NCBI GenBank assembly: GCA_951406725.2
Contig: OX597827.1
Span: 65,534,001 to 65,598,000, forward strand
Origin: Octopus vulgaris
Taxonomy: Eukaryota
Reading direction: 5' to 3'
Length of the DNA stretch: 64,000 nt
Both the position numbers and the translations under genes were made by a program. Of the stretch, positions 24,393 through 37,469 are shown in pieces. The notes beneath the pieces are model-generated. The model did not search any database. It had not been told where the DNA came from and worked only from the letters and a program-made list of their open reading frames with translations. Position 1 is the first letter of the stretch. Each line of letters begins with the position of its first letter.

Positions 24393-24890
24393 TTAAATGC
24401 CAATCGCGCCAATCTGGAGGGTCTTAGAGCTCCCTTGAATCGAAAAAAATCACTCTTCTCACCATAGCAACCGCATCTTTTCAGTTGGCGAGTTTTAACC
24501 TACTCAACACTCTGCCCCATCACGCCTTCTATTTTCAGCTCGATCCGACCACTTGTCAGGCTTCCGATCTCTGACGTAGCAAAATGTGCACATAATTTTG
24601 ACCCAAAACCTCTTTTATATATATAGATTAAGCATAACAGCCTGAAGTGCATGCCGCTGGGCACTAAAAGTCAATCGCACAAACCTTGAATCGATAAAAA
24701 ATTACACTTTTTGCCATCGCAACCACATCTTTATAGCTTGCGAATTTTAACCATCGCGGGTCTCATCCTCACCACGTATTTAGTATCGTGCCAATTTTCA
24801 GCTCAATCCTCGCCCCAGTTTGACCACCAGTAACCGTCAAAATAAAATGTGCATACAATTTTCGTCCAAGGACTGTTTTAGAGATATAGG
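24393..24890 (-). mobile_element. Two diverged tandem Helitron/HINE-like 5' segments
   Basis: Both units share CCTTGAATCGA..AAAA..CAC, GCAACC.CATCTTT, TTTTCAGCTC.ATCC and AAAATGTGCA.A.AATTTT, and end TTTTA..ATAG(A/G)T (minus-strand TC start in the first unit). Confidence 0.55.
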
Positions 24891-25282
24891 TAACGTTAAT
24901 GTTGGCTTTAAAATGAAAAATAATGGTGTTAGCACTTACATATTGAAAGAGTTACAATAGATTTCTTTGCATAGAAGCTTGATATCTTTTCTAACGATTT
25001 AAAGAATTGATTGAGCAACCAAAGTAGCTGCTAAATATCTCTTTATGTTAATAAATGCGAGCTAATATAATCTGTTTAACTCCTTCAATAGGTAAAACCA
25101 CAATGGTATTATTTGTATGGAATTAGCGTCATCTTTGTTTTGATTTAGAAAGGAGAATAAATGAAACTAATTTTCTTTCTAATAATATTTTGTTCTTGTA
25201 ATTCTTCATCAGTCATTGAAAATCAGAAATTACTACTGCTGCTGCTGCTGCTACTACTACTACTAGTACTGCCACCATCACC

Positions 25283-25368
<86 letters not shown>

Positions 25369-26612
25369 CACTACTATTTTGCTTCTGACAGACAGATGAA
25401 AATGCTATTAATTACACACACACACATACACACACACACACAGATGCATGTATCATTAAAAAGTTAGGAATCGTAATTGGTATTTTATGCTGTATAACAC
25501 ATACAGGTGTTTCGAGAAGTCGATCATAGCTCTTACGCAAACTGCTTAACCTAATTACTTTATTTTCTTTATTTCGTAATGTTAGACCTATAATCCAAAT
25601 CAGATAACCCCTCTTATACACCCAATACAAGCCCCCACTAAGTCTATAAATAGTGGAACTTTCTTTATATATTAATAAAGGTCTAGTTTAAAATAGTTTA
25701 ATTAGTTCTCTAACATTTTCCGCTTATAATAATGCAAGATGTTATATAATGACCCATTTCAAAAATATGTTATGCTGAAGAGATGAAATATATTTCGTAT
25801 TCCAAATTTAAGTGATTCCTCAGGGAATGCAGAAGGAAATAGTAAACGAGTAGCCTCTGTAATTGTGGTTGTGGGACTCTGGAAGACTTCAGAAATGCGA
25901 GCAAGACCAATAGGACAATATAACCCTTTAGGAATACCCAGAACTCCGTAGGCTTGATTAATATATACATATGTTGCAGGAATTCCATGAGTTGCGTGCG
26001 AACTGTGAGAGTTTGTGGTAACTCTAGGATGAAACATAACGGCCCAGAATCTGGCATCCCAGAATGCTAGAATGAAGTCGATGAGAAGAAGCAACACCTC
26101 CGGAAAGAATATGCATCGAAGCAGTAATAAATGTCATTAAAACTGCCGAATAATAACATTGACGCCTCTATACGGTTAATCAACTCGCTAGAAATAACAG
26201 CAACTTCTATATCTACTATGCTCTCCTACATTAAAATGGAAACAACACATGAAGCAATACATGCATGGAAAAATTTGAAGTGGTGTGTCGGTAACAGAGA
26301 GCCTGTTTCTCAATATAGGCAACTTCAACCAAAAACAACTACAAAATACTAGCAACTATAAGCGAACTTTCAATTCAATATCATCATTAATGGCTTCTGT
26401 TTTCATTAATATACAAGGAGTGAAAGTAGCACGAAATAGGGTAAGCTACGAATTATTTATGCTGGAAGTGTTTGTTGGGAAGTGTTTATTCGAAAAATAG
26501 AAAAAAAAATACTAGCAGTTTTGACTAACTCCTAACAAAAGAAGTCAACAGAGGTTAGTGAAAACATAAGCTTCACGTACAGTTGTTTATCCTTTATTTT
26601 ATATATATAATG

Positions 26613-26680
<68 letters not shown>

Positions 26681-26975
26681 CACGCATATAAATACATATG
26701 TATATATATGTATATGTACGCATATAAATACATATATATATATATGTATATGTACGCATATAAATACATATATACATATATATGTATATATATATATATA
26801 TATGTACGCATATAAATACATATGTAATATACGCATATAAATACATATGTAATATACACAACGGCGGTGCATCAGCATGGCCGCAGCTCTGAGCTGAAAC
26901 TAAAAAAAAAATATATATATACGTACATATATATATATATATGTATGTATATATATATGTATGTATATATATATG

Positions 26976-27025
<50 letters not shown>

Positions 27026-27048
27026 TACACACGTAGATTCATACATGC

Positions 27049-27079
<31 letters not shown>

Positions 27080-27617
27080 TATATATATATACACGCACAC
27101 ACACACTGCAGAAGTGCGCTTCTTATATATATTCTTCTGTAGAAGACGTCACTGTGGAACGGGAATGATCAATAAAGTACAAGTAATGTTAAATCATGTT
27201 TATAACGGTAGCTCTGATTGAATATTTCAGGAAAGTAATTGATTTTAGATCTTTCTCACAAAGACATGTTTAGTTGGGGAAAGTATTATACAAAGAATAT
27301 TTACAGAAAATCCAAGGTTTGTTTCGACATTGATTTTCGTAACGTTGTCAATACTCTTGTCAAAATCATAAATGCCAAACAAGCTCATTGATCTCTCACG
27401 TAAATTGACGTATGTATAGTCAAGTTAACGATCAATAAAATGATTTATTACATTCAAAGTCCTAAACGAGGAATATTTTTTGTCTTTTCGTTTTTACTGA
27501 GTTGTTATATCGATCAAATGGACCTGAATTCATGACTGGTATTTATATTATTAATTAAGAATACAAGTTAGAATGTAACTAAATAAAGCGATTAATTGAA
27601 TCCATGAAGTTGATATT

Positions 27618-27849
27618 TATTTCTTTACTACCCACAAAGGGCTACACACAGAAGGGACACACAAGACAGACAAACGGATTAAGTCAATTATATCGACCCC
27701 AATGCGTAACTGGTACTTATTTAATCGACTCCAAAAGAATGAAAGGCAAAGTCGGCCTCGGCGGAATTTGAACTCTGGAGGTAGCGGCAGACGAAATACC
27801 GCTGAGCATTTCACCCGGCGTGCTAACGTTTCTGCCAGATCGCCGCCTT
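27618..27849 (-). mobile_element. SINE A monomer with a diverged TSD of about 20 bp
   Basis: Full head-core-tail; GAATCCATGAAGTTGATATT and GAATCCTTAAAGTTAATATT flank it. Confidence 0.9.
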
Positions 27850-28365
27850 TGAATCCTTAAAGTTAATATTTCAACGACCAGTTTCTCTAATTAAATAGTG
27901 ACAAAGACAACTGTAACAAAAACAACAGAAAATATATCAGCAATAATAATAGTAGTAGTAGTCATAGTATTAGTAATAATGGAAATGCAAATTTTGGCAC
28001 AAAGCTAGGAATTTTGGGGGATGATGGGTGGTGGGGTTATATTGATTACAAGGACCCTAGTGTTGAGCTGATGCTTATTTTATCAACACCGGAAGGATGG
28101 AAATGTTAAGTCGACTTCGGTTGTATTTGAACGCGGAAAGTGCAAACGGATGAAATGCCGCTAAGCATTTTGATCGAAGGCTATAACGATTCTGCCAGTA
28201 CACAGACTCGATGACAATTCCAACGACGACAACAAGGTGTGCGTATGTGTGTGTGTGTGTGAGTGTGTGTGTCTGTATGCATGGGGGTTTGAGTCTATGC
28301 GGGTGTGAGTTTGCAAAAGTGTGAGATGGTGTGTGGGTGCACTTGTGTGTGCGTGCGTGCGTGTG

Positions 28366-28734
28366 TACTCTTTACCCTTTTACTTGTTTCAATTATTTGA
28401 CTGTGGCTATGCTGGAGCACCGCCTTTAGTCGAGCAAATCGACCCCCAGACTTATTCTTTGTAAGTCTAGTTCTTATTCCGTCGGTCTCTACACCAGTAT
28501 CGGTTGTCAAGCAATGTTTGGGGAAAAACACAGACACACAAACATATACACACATACATATATATATATGTACATATTTACGATGTGCTTCTTTCAGTTT
28601 CCGTCTACCAAATCCACTCACAAGGTTTTGGTCGGCTCGAGGCCATAGTACAAGACACTTGCCCAAGGTGCCACGCAGTGTGACTGAACACGGTACCATG
28701 TGGTTCGTAAGCAAGGTACTTACCACACAGCCAC
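28366..28734 (-). mobile_element. SINE B
   Basis: Colinear with 9084-9480 and 43830-44243. Confidence 0.92.
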
Positions 28735-29014
28735 ACATGTATAGTTTTAAACCGTTTGTTTTAACAGATCGGGCTATCATGCTGTAATTATACTGTACTC
28801 AATGGAGCTGTTAATGCGTTTTCTATTGAGTGCACAAATCAAACTTAAGTAAACATTGTATATGTATATTGCACTGAAATATAGTGGTCCCATGTTATCT
28901 TTATAATTTCTACAACATCAAGGACACTATAACTGTTTCATTCTGTTAGTTACAAAGTAAACTAATAATTAGTAGAATATATATCCATTGTCACTGTGCG
29001 TACGTCTATATACA

Positions 29015-29084
<70 letters not shown>

Positions 29085-29085
<1 letters not shown>

Positions 29086-29421
29086 CACCGTGATCACCGT
29101 CGTGACCGACCAGGCTATCAGATGTTGCTACCCATCGCTGGTCACAAGGCGCTGCGCATTGGTTTAGCCTTCAAATGACACCACCCCGCAGGCTAAGCGA
29201 GCAAGCCAACAGAAGAAAGAGTCAGAGAAAGTTGTGGCGAAAGAATACAGCAGGAATCGCCACCACCCCCTGCAGGAGACTCGTGGAGCTTTAGGTGTTT
29301 TCGCTCAATAAACACTCACAACGCCCGGTCTGGGAATCGAAACCGCAATCCTACGACCGCAAGTCCGCTGTCCTAAACACTGGGCCATTGCGCCTCCACA
29401 CACACACACACGCACACACAT

Positions 29422-29487
<66 letters not shown>

Positions 29488-29820
29488 CACCGTGATCACC
29501 GTGACCGACCAGGCTATCAGATGTTGCTACCCATCGCTGGTCACAAGGCGCTGCGCATTGGTTTAGCCTTCAAATGACACCACCCCGCTGGTTAAGCGAG
29601 CAAGCCAACAGAAGAAAGACTCAGAGAAAGTTGTGGCGAAAGAATACAGCAGGGATCGCCACCACCCCCTGCAGGAGACTCGTGGAGCTTTAGGTGTTTT
29701 CGCTCAATAAACACTCACAACGCCCGGTCTGGGAATCGAAACCGCAATCCTACGACCGCAAGTCCGCTGTCCTAAACACTGGGCCATTGCGCCTCCACAC
29801 ACACACACACGCACACACAT

Positions 29821-29882
<62 letters not shown>

Positions 29883-30201
29883 ATATATATCACCGTGATC
29901 ACCGTGACCGACCAGGCTATCAGATGTTGCTACACATCGCTGGTCACAAGGCGCTGCGCATTGCTTTAGCCTTCAAATGACGCCACCCCGCTGGTTAAGC
30001 GAGCAAGCCAACAGAAGAAAGAGTCAGAGAAAGTTGTGGCGAAAGAGTACAGCAGGGATTGCCACCACCCCCTGCCGGAGCCTCGTAGAGCTTTAGGTGT
30101 TTTCGCTCAATAAACACTCACAACGCCCGGTCTGGGAATCGAAACCGCAATCCTACGACCGCGGGTCCGCTGCCCTAACCACTGGGTCATTGCGCCTCCA
30201 C
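29085..30201 (-). mobile_element. Three head-to-tail copies of SINE C (tail type 2) separated by (CA)n(TA)n
   Basis: Units 29085-29399, 29487-29798 and 29890-30201; head GTGGAGGCGCAATGGCCCAGTG with B-box GTTTCGATTCC (tRNA-Arg-like). Confidence 0.95.
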
Positions 30202-30203
30202 AT

Positions 30204-30249
<46 letters not shown>

Positions 30250-30335
30250 GTATATATATATATATACGTATATATATATATATGTGTGTATATATATATA
30301 CATATATATATACATATATGTATACATATATATAC

Positions 30336-30366
<31 letters not shown>

Positions 30367-30658
30367 CATATATATACATATATATATATATGCACATATA
30401 TATATATAATACATATATAAATAAATATATATATATATATACACACACATATATATGCATACACACGCATATACATATATTGAATATATATGTGTGTATG
30501 CAAAAAAAATTCAATGGGGTGTAAACACATACGCACTCGCATATATCTCTTTACACACATACATCATACATATGTATATATATACCTAACTACTTAACTG
30601 CATATCTAGCTATCTAGCTATCTATCTACCCACTTACATACATATATATACGTATATA

Positions 30659-30730
<72 letters not shown>

Positions 30731-31931
30731 TTACGTTATTTGCTTTTAGCTTGTTGCATACAGGGTTTCCAAACCATGAAACACTGTATTTACTATTTCG
30801 GTATTCGTGATATTTAAAATGCGTTCAGTCAGGTATAGCGTTTTGATGAACGTCAGCAGTACTTGTAACTGCATAAGAAATCCTACCCGATCGCCTGCTC
30901 TTCCGTGTTCTTTCTGAGCTGTTAATCTGTTGATCCTCTACTATCAGATACATGACTTGCCCTCAGTCAAGTACATTTGCCATATACTCAGTCCTGGTCA
31001 TTGTAAACCTTCCTGATATCGTCTAACCCTTCTTCTAACTACACCTCTGTCGGCTCATTGACACATTCCCTGATTTCAAGAGGCATGGCTATATGTCATC
31101 GTTGCCCTTGCTCTTAATTTGATAAAGTCTTACATATTGACATAACAGAGAATGGAAATCACACAAGCTCTGAGACAGCACTTAGTGTAGAAGCACCTCG
31201 TTAACTACGAAAAATTTAAAATTAGTTTTTAAATCAGTATATTTTTCATTTTAGGTTGTTGAAACTCATACATGCATAGCAAATTCTGTCTGGCTCCTTC
31301 TGTATTAAAAACGTTGTTATTGCCTTTCCTGTCTTACAATGCGAGAAACTGTGTGTACAAATAGGTTGATTTTTGAAATTGTTCTATATTTTTCCATGTA
31401 TATTTTTAAAGTACAAATACCTGCATTGTTTTTAATGCGATTATTTTGTATAACTGTGATTTGCAAAGTGGGTGTTATGATTTATAAAAGCTATGTCTTT
31501 GAAATTTTGATTGATGCCACCTCGCTGGTGGCTTGCAACTCTCATCGCGACTCAAGAAGAGTAAGACATTTTGAAACGAATGTTTACTAAATGTAAAATA
31601 CAAAAAAGAAATAGTTCCCAGAACAAACAATATTTTTATACCTCAGGCTATACGAACTTGACACTCAACTGTGCCAAAACCTATTGACAAATTACAAATT
31701 ACAAAAAAAAAAACAACTCACAAAGAGACAATCAAACACTTTTTTCATTAAGTATGCGGTAAATCTAAATCTTCCTCGAAGCTGTGTCTGACACGTCAGT
31801 TCAAAGAAAAAGACAATAATTTAAACGATAATGGTGATGATGATGACGGTAATAACAAGGAATCATTCTGCTTTTGGCGACAACGTCCATTATGTTTGGG
31901 GACTACAAATGTATGTCGGTATGTACGTATT

Positions 31932-31988
<57 letters not shown>

Positions 31989-32047
31989 CATATATATATA
32001 TATATATACATACACACACACACATATATATATGTATATATACATAT

Positions 32048-32108
<61 letters not shown>

Positions 32109-32187
32109 CATACATATGCATACATATATATTTATATATATATATATGTGTGTATGGGTATACATGTACTTACATACACACACACAC

Positions 32188-32253
<66 letters not shown>

Positions 32254-32949
32254 GAACATATTAATTTGAGAAGATGGACGTTTGAAGTTTCCCATGTTAA
32301 ATGTAATTCATTGATCTGTTATTTTATTATATAGGAAACAAACATATACATATATACACATTTACACGCACACACAGAAATGTGATGCGCACACACACTC
32401 ACATACATAAAAATATTACATACATACATACATACATACATGCATACGTATTGCAATGATGCGAGTAGATAACACGAAATTATTTCCTGTTAATCTAAAT
32501 AGGAGTAGTTTCCTATTTCCATGCGTATAATATTCTCAACAGATAAACGCAGAAACTGTGTTATTTGCTTATTCAGTTGTTAGAATAGCATATAAGAGTA
32601 ATTATTTTATTTATCTGCTTGATCACGCGAAACAGTCGTATATAAAGCAAAATTTAAATTAAAGAAATTAAAACATCAAGGAATGAAAATTAATAACATA
32701 TATATGTCCCTCCCCTATGAAAAGTTTCTGCCATAACTTAATTTCTGTCTTTCTCTCTCTTTCTTTCTCTCTATTTCTCTCTCTCTCTTTCTCTGTATCT
32801 CTCACTCTCTCTCAATTTATCTCGGTCTCTTTGTAACCATGTATTACATTTACGGTTTCAATTCAAATGAAATTATACATATATATGAAACACACCTGGA
32901 TGTACACAAAAGTACGCACAGAAGCATGCTTAAATATATACACAGAGGT

Positions 32950-33260
32950 GTGGAGACGCAATGGTCCAGTGGTTAGAACAGTGGGCTCGCGGTCGGAGGA
33001 TCGCGGTTTCGATTCCCCGGTCGGGCGTTGTGTGTACATTGAGCAAAAATACCTAAAGCTCCAAGAGGCTCTGCAAGTGGGGGGGGGGGCGACCCCTGTT
33101 GTACTCTTTCGACCCAACTTTCTCTCACTCTCTCTTCTTGTTTCTTGAGTAACATTGCGACAGACTGGCGTCCCATCCAGCTGGAGGGAACACATAAACC
33201 CGGAAACCGGGCCCATGATCCTGGCTAGACTTGAAAAGGGCGCATAAATAAATAAAAAAA
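32950..33260 (+). mobile_element. SINE C, tail type 3
   Basis: Same head and core; tail TGCGACAGACTGGCGTCCCATCCAGCTGG..GAAACCGGGCCCATGA..AAAAGGGCGCATAAA. Confidence 0.9.
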
Positions 33261-33274
33261 TAAGTACACAGATA

Positions 33275-33522
33275 TTCGAGGGAGTCTTGAGAATTTCTTG
33301 ACTTTCGGTAAGTTTATATAGAGCTATGCTCTATGTAAAAAGATACAGGACGAGCAATTAATTATGATTTTATTGAAGATATTCCCCCACTCACATTTAC
33401 ACAGTGCATCAGGCTTTCAGGTGTTTTAAGCCCTGTAAAAGAACTCGAAAATTAGGGCCTCCAACTCGAAAATATAGCCCTTCGCGACACACTTAATGCT
33501 ATAAATTTTCCCACACCCCCAT
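33275..33522. mobile_element. Degenerate mariner-like MITE
   Basis: Ends CGAGGGAGTCTTGAGAATTT and AAATTTTCCCACACCCC are weakly inverted. Confidence 0.35.
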
Positions 33523-33623
33523 TTACACTTGGAGATATATATGGAGAAAACAAATTAACTAACATATAAACTCACAGACACATGCCTAGACAATGCAGTT
33601 AATTGTTAATGTCACTTGCACTG

Positions 33624-34034
33624 TACTCTTTTACTCTTTGACGTGTTTCAGTCATGTGACTGTGGCCATGCTGGAGCACCGCCTTTAGTCAAGCAAATCG
33701 ACCACAGGACATATTCTTTGTAAGCCTAGTACTTATTCTATCAGTCTCAGTTTTGCCGAACCGCTAAATTACGAGGACGTAAACAGACCAGCATCGATTG
33801 TCAAGCGATGTCGGGAGGACAAACACAGACACACAAACATATACACACATACATATATGTATATATACATATATACGACGGATTTCTATTTAGTGTCCGT
33901 CTACGAAATCTAATCAAAAGGATTTGTGGGCCAGAGGCTATAGTAGAAGATACTTGCCCAAGGTGCTACGCAATGAACTCAGAACCATGTTCTTTGTAAG
34001 CAAGCTACGTAACACACAGCCACTCCTGTGCCTA
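33624..34034 (-). mobile_element. SINE B
   Basis: Colinear with the other B copies. Confidence 0.92.
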
Positions 34035-34290
34035 TACAGAAAAGTTAGTAGAAGCCTGCCGCTGTATGCAGAAACACAGGCATACGTATCTATACACACA
34101 CAGACGCACACACATGTGTATGTACATAGGTACACAAACACAACTATGTTGTTGAGGTCATGAGAATATCATACATATTCGAGAAAACTTGAAAAAATAC
34201 TTTTGTTTTTTTTGGAAAAATTATATATCGAAGTACAAAAAGCTATGAATCTCGACAAGTAAATATTGGTTTGAGAAACGCCTTTCTATA

Positions 34291-34842
34291 AATCTTTTCT
34301 ACTCTTGGCACAAGACACGAAACTTTGGGGGAGGGGACCACTCAATTAGAACGACTCCAGTACGTTCCTGGTACTTAATTTATCGACCCCGAAAAGATGA
34401 AAGGCAAAGTCGACCTCGGCAGAATTTGAACTTAGAACCTACAAACAGATGAAATACTTATTTCTTTACTACCCACAAGGGTCAAACAAGGACAGACAAA
34501 CGGATTAAGTCGATTATATCGAACCCAGTGCGTTACTGGTACTTATTTAATCGACCCCGAATGGATGAAAGGCAAAGTCGACCTCGGCGGAATGTGAACT
34601 CCTAACGTAAAGACAGACGAAATACCAATTTCTATACTACCCACAAGGGGCTAAACTCAGAGAAGACAAACAAGGACAGACAAACGGATTAAGTCGATTA
34701 TATCGACTCCAGTGCGTAACTGGTACTTATTTCATCAACCCCGAAAGGATGAAAAGCAAAGGCGACCTCGGCGGAATTTGAACTCAGAACGTAATGGCAG
34801 ACGAAATACTGCTAAGCATTTCGCCCGGTGTGCTAACGTTTC
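34291..34842 (-). mobile_element. SINE A trimer (partial head, two tail-a units, one tail-b unit)
   Basis: Three GATGAAA(G/A)GCAAAG..GACCTCGGC cores about 180 bp apart, with junctions GAAATA-C(T/C)-(T/A)ATTTC. Confidence 0.92.
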
Positions 34843-36276
34843 AACCAATAAATACATGCACATATATCTGTATATTTACATGCGTTAGTGTCTGGGGTTG
34901 CGTATGTTTTCTGTGTCTGTACGTGTCTGCCTGTGAGCGTAATTTAATTTTGCATCTGCACTCATGATGACCGTGATTCTGTTTACACCAGCCAAAATAT
35001 TCAATGTCGTTGTTTTTGTTACATAATTTCCCATTTACGTCCCAACATTTAATTGTTGGGAGAATAAATGAAGGGAAAATATATAGCAAATTATAATGTG
35101 CAACGGAATAGTTATAATCAACTACAAAATTTTAATCAGTTTGCCAACATTTCCGTTGTGGATGTGCTGAACTTAAAAAACTGAATAGACGAATAAAAGA
35201 TCACGCAAACACACGTACTCGTACAAACTTCCGCCATTACGCACATATACATTACACAAACTTTCGCCATTACACACATATGTACATACCTATGCATGCA
35301 TAGGAATATATATCTATATATGTGTACATGTGTGAATGTCTGTGTTTTATTCCATTTATATATATTTTTGAGATTTAGTAATTTTCATAAGATTTATTTA
35401 AACAATATTCGTACGAATTTCGCAATTCTTTAGCAATAAAATTCATAAAGTCACATAAATATTTATAAACCAACTAGACACAATTTTATTATGAAGTCAT
35501 GTTGCCGTATGTTTCTCCCTCTTTATAAAAAGCAATGCGCCTGAGATTCGAGTTACAGCCGGAATTCTGAATTTTGATCGAAAGTCAAAAGTTTAAAGTT
35601 TCCTTTGTGAATATTCTAATTCATTTATAGTTTAACATCAAGATTCTATTTATTACTTCCGTTATTAATCGTATAATTTTCTGTAGAGTTTGTGGATGTT
35701 GATCATGAATGATTCCTTGTCGAGTTTCATTATCTTTCTGCATTGTAGTTGCTAATTCGTGTAAGTGCATTCAAAATATCACCCATATTTTATAGCTAAT
35801 ATAAGAGTTAAACTACCAAATTTTATAACATTCACGATTGCCATCGACATTATCATATTTTATGTTATTAATCAACAAATTTTAGACCAAATTATATAAA
35901 ATTCTGAAGCAAGGTTATTTGTTGAGAAGAAAGAAAACACATAACTGTATAACTATTTTTTCTGCTTGATCATGCGTAAAAGGAAACTATAAGCAATGAA
36001 ATTTCTAAAAAGTATTAAAACATCAAGAATGAAATTTAATAACAGGGATAATGTAATATTGAGTCTCGGTAGAAAGTGGGAGTTAATTGTCTTTAAATTC
36101 TATATTTCATAGTATGGGATATACATCTATTCCTACATAAGTGTTTTCCATTGTTTTTTTTTTCTTTTACATGTAGATATATCTACGGTATAACTTCATG
36201 TATGAGTGCATAAATATACATGAAAGAGACTACGTCTACCTACATATACTTAGAAAATCGCTGTAGGCATGTGTGA

Positions 36277-36327
<51 letters not shown>

Positions 36328-37211
36328 CACATACATATGTAATTGTATAAAGAAATACACACACATACAAACACATATATCGTTTCCTTTTTCTCATTAC
36401 TACAGCCAGAAGCTGAGGGGTCAAGATGTGGCACCGCCTTTCTTTGTGATTAGATTGTCTTCCTATATTCTTTCTGGTGTTATAGCGAGTGGATTCACCC
36501 GTCATATGTATATATATATAGTGAGTGCTGAATGTTCACAAATAATTTCCGTCTCTGTGAGAATTTTCATACTCAATGACATTTTCGACCTCTCAAACAT
36601 AAGCTCTCATATAACCTTTCAGTTTCGCTGCAGATCAGCATAGTTTGAAGCCTTCAGTTAAGGGAAAATATAATTTATTGCGTCAATTTTTAGAATATGA
36701 TTTTTGTGTACTGTAATATGTTTTTTTGAAAATCTAAAATCAACTTGCAAACTTTGTTCACTCCATTTGAATCATCGGGTTCATAAATTTTCTTATGTTA
36801 TAGGTAAATCATCGTACACATTGGCTTATAAAATGCCTAGAAATTAGATGTAGGAATGTTATATGGTTTACAGCCCATTTTGCCTTGAATGTTTGGCTAA
36901 AGATGTCAAATTCTTGGTACACTTAGTCGATTAACATTCTAAGTATAAGAAAATATTCAAAGGATGTTTTGTGAATGTTTCCTACAGCAGCATCGCTAAC
37001 ACAAAAAGAGATAATTTCTCGTACACCATCCAAGATGGAACTTGCAGACTGAAACAGCAAGAACGCAAAATACATAACCACTAGACCAGACATGGTGGTT
37101 AGCGCAGTCATGTTTGAAACGGATGTCTGCTCCGTCCGACAAATAAGGGAACCAGAAAAACATTGGGATGTGAGAAATTTGATTTAAAGATATATATATA
37201 TATATATATAT

Positions 37212-37350
37212 TGTATTTAGGACTGGTCATTTTTTGCCAAATAAACACATGGACTATATATTCTTTCTTCACTCGGTTATTACTGTTGTTACTCTTACCC
37301 ATGTCCCTTGTCCGTACATCTTTTGTCACGCGTCTATTACCTCTCCAGCG

Positions 37351-37353
<3 letters not shown>
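37212..37353. mobile_element. Small TG..CA-bounded insert in (TA)n (possible short solo LTR)
   Basis: TGTATTTAGG...CAGCGACA, contains AATAAA, bounded by TA repeats. Confidence 0.3.
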
Positions 37354-37413
<60 letters not shown>

Positions 37414-37469
37414 TAAATAAAACATATACATATATACATACATATATGTACGTACCTACCTCTAAATGT

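Noticed and set aside
29330-29399. tRNA-Arg-like gene (also 45925-46000 and others)
   Set aside because: No proper acceptor stem and always fused to the SINE body; these are SINE heads.
29085-30201. CRISPR-like repeat-spacer array
   Set aside because: Repeats are about 310 bp, spacers are microsatellites, the context is eukaryotic and there are no cas genes.
34841-35089. Cys-rich defensin-like peptide (KCWDVNGKLC..GWC..ECRC)
   Set aside because: Five Cys only, no signal peptide, no AG acceptor after the pyrimidine tract, and it runs into simple repeat; likely chance.
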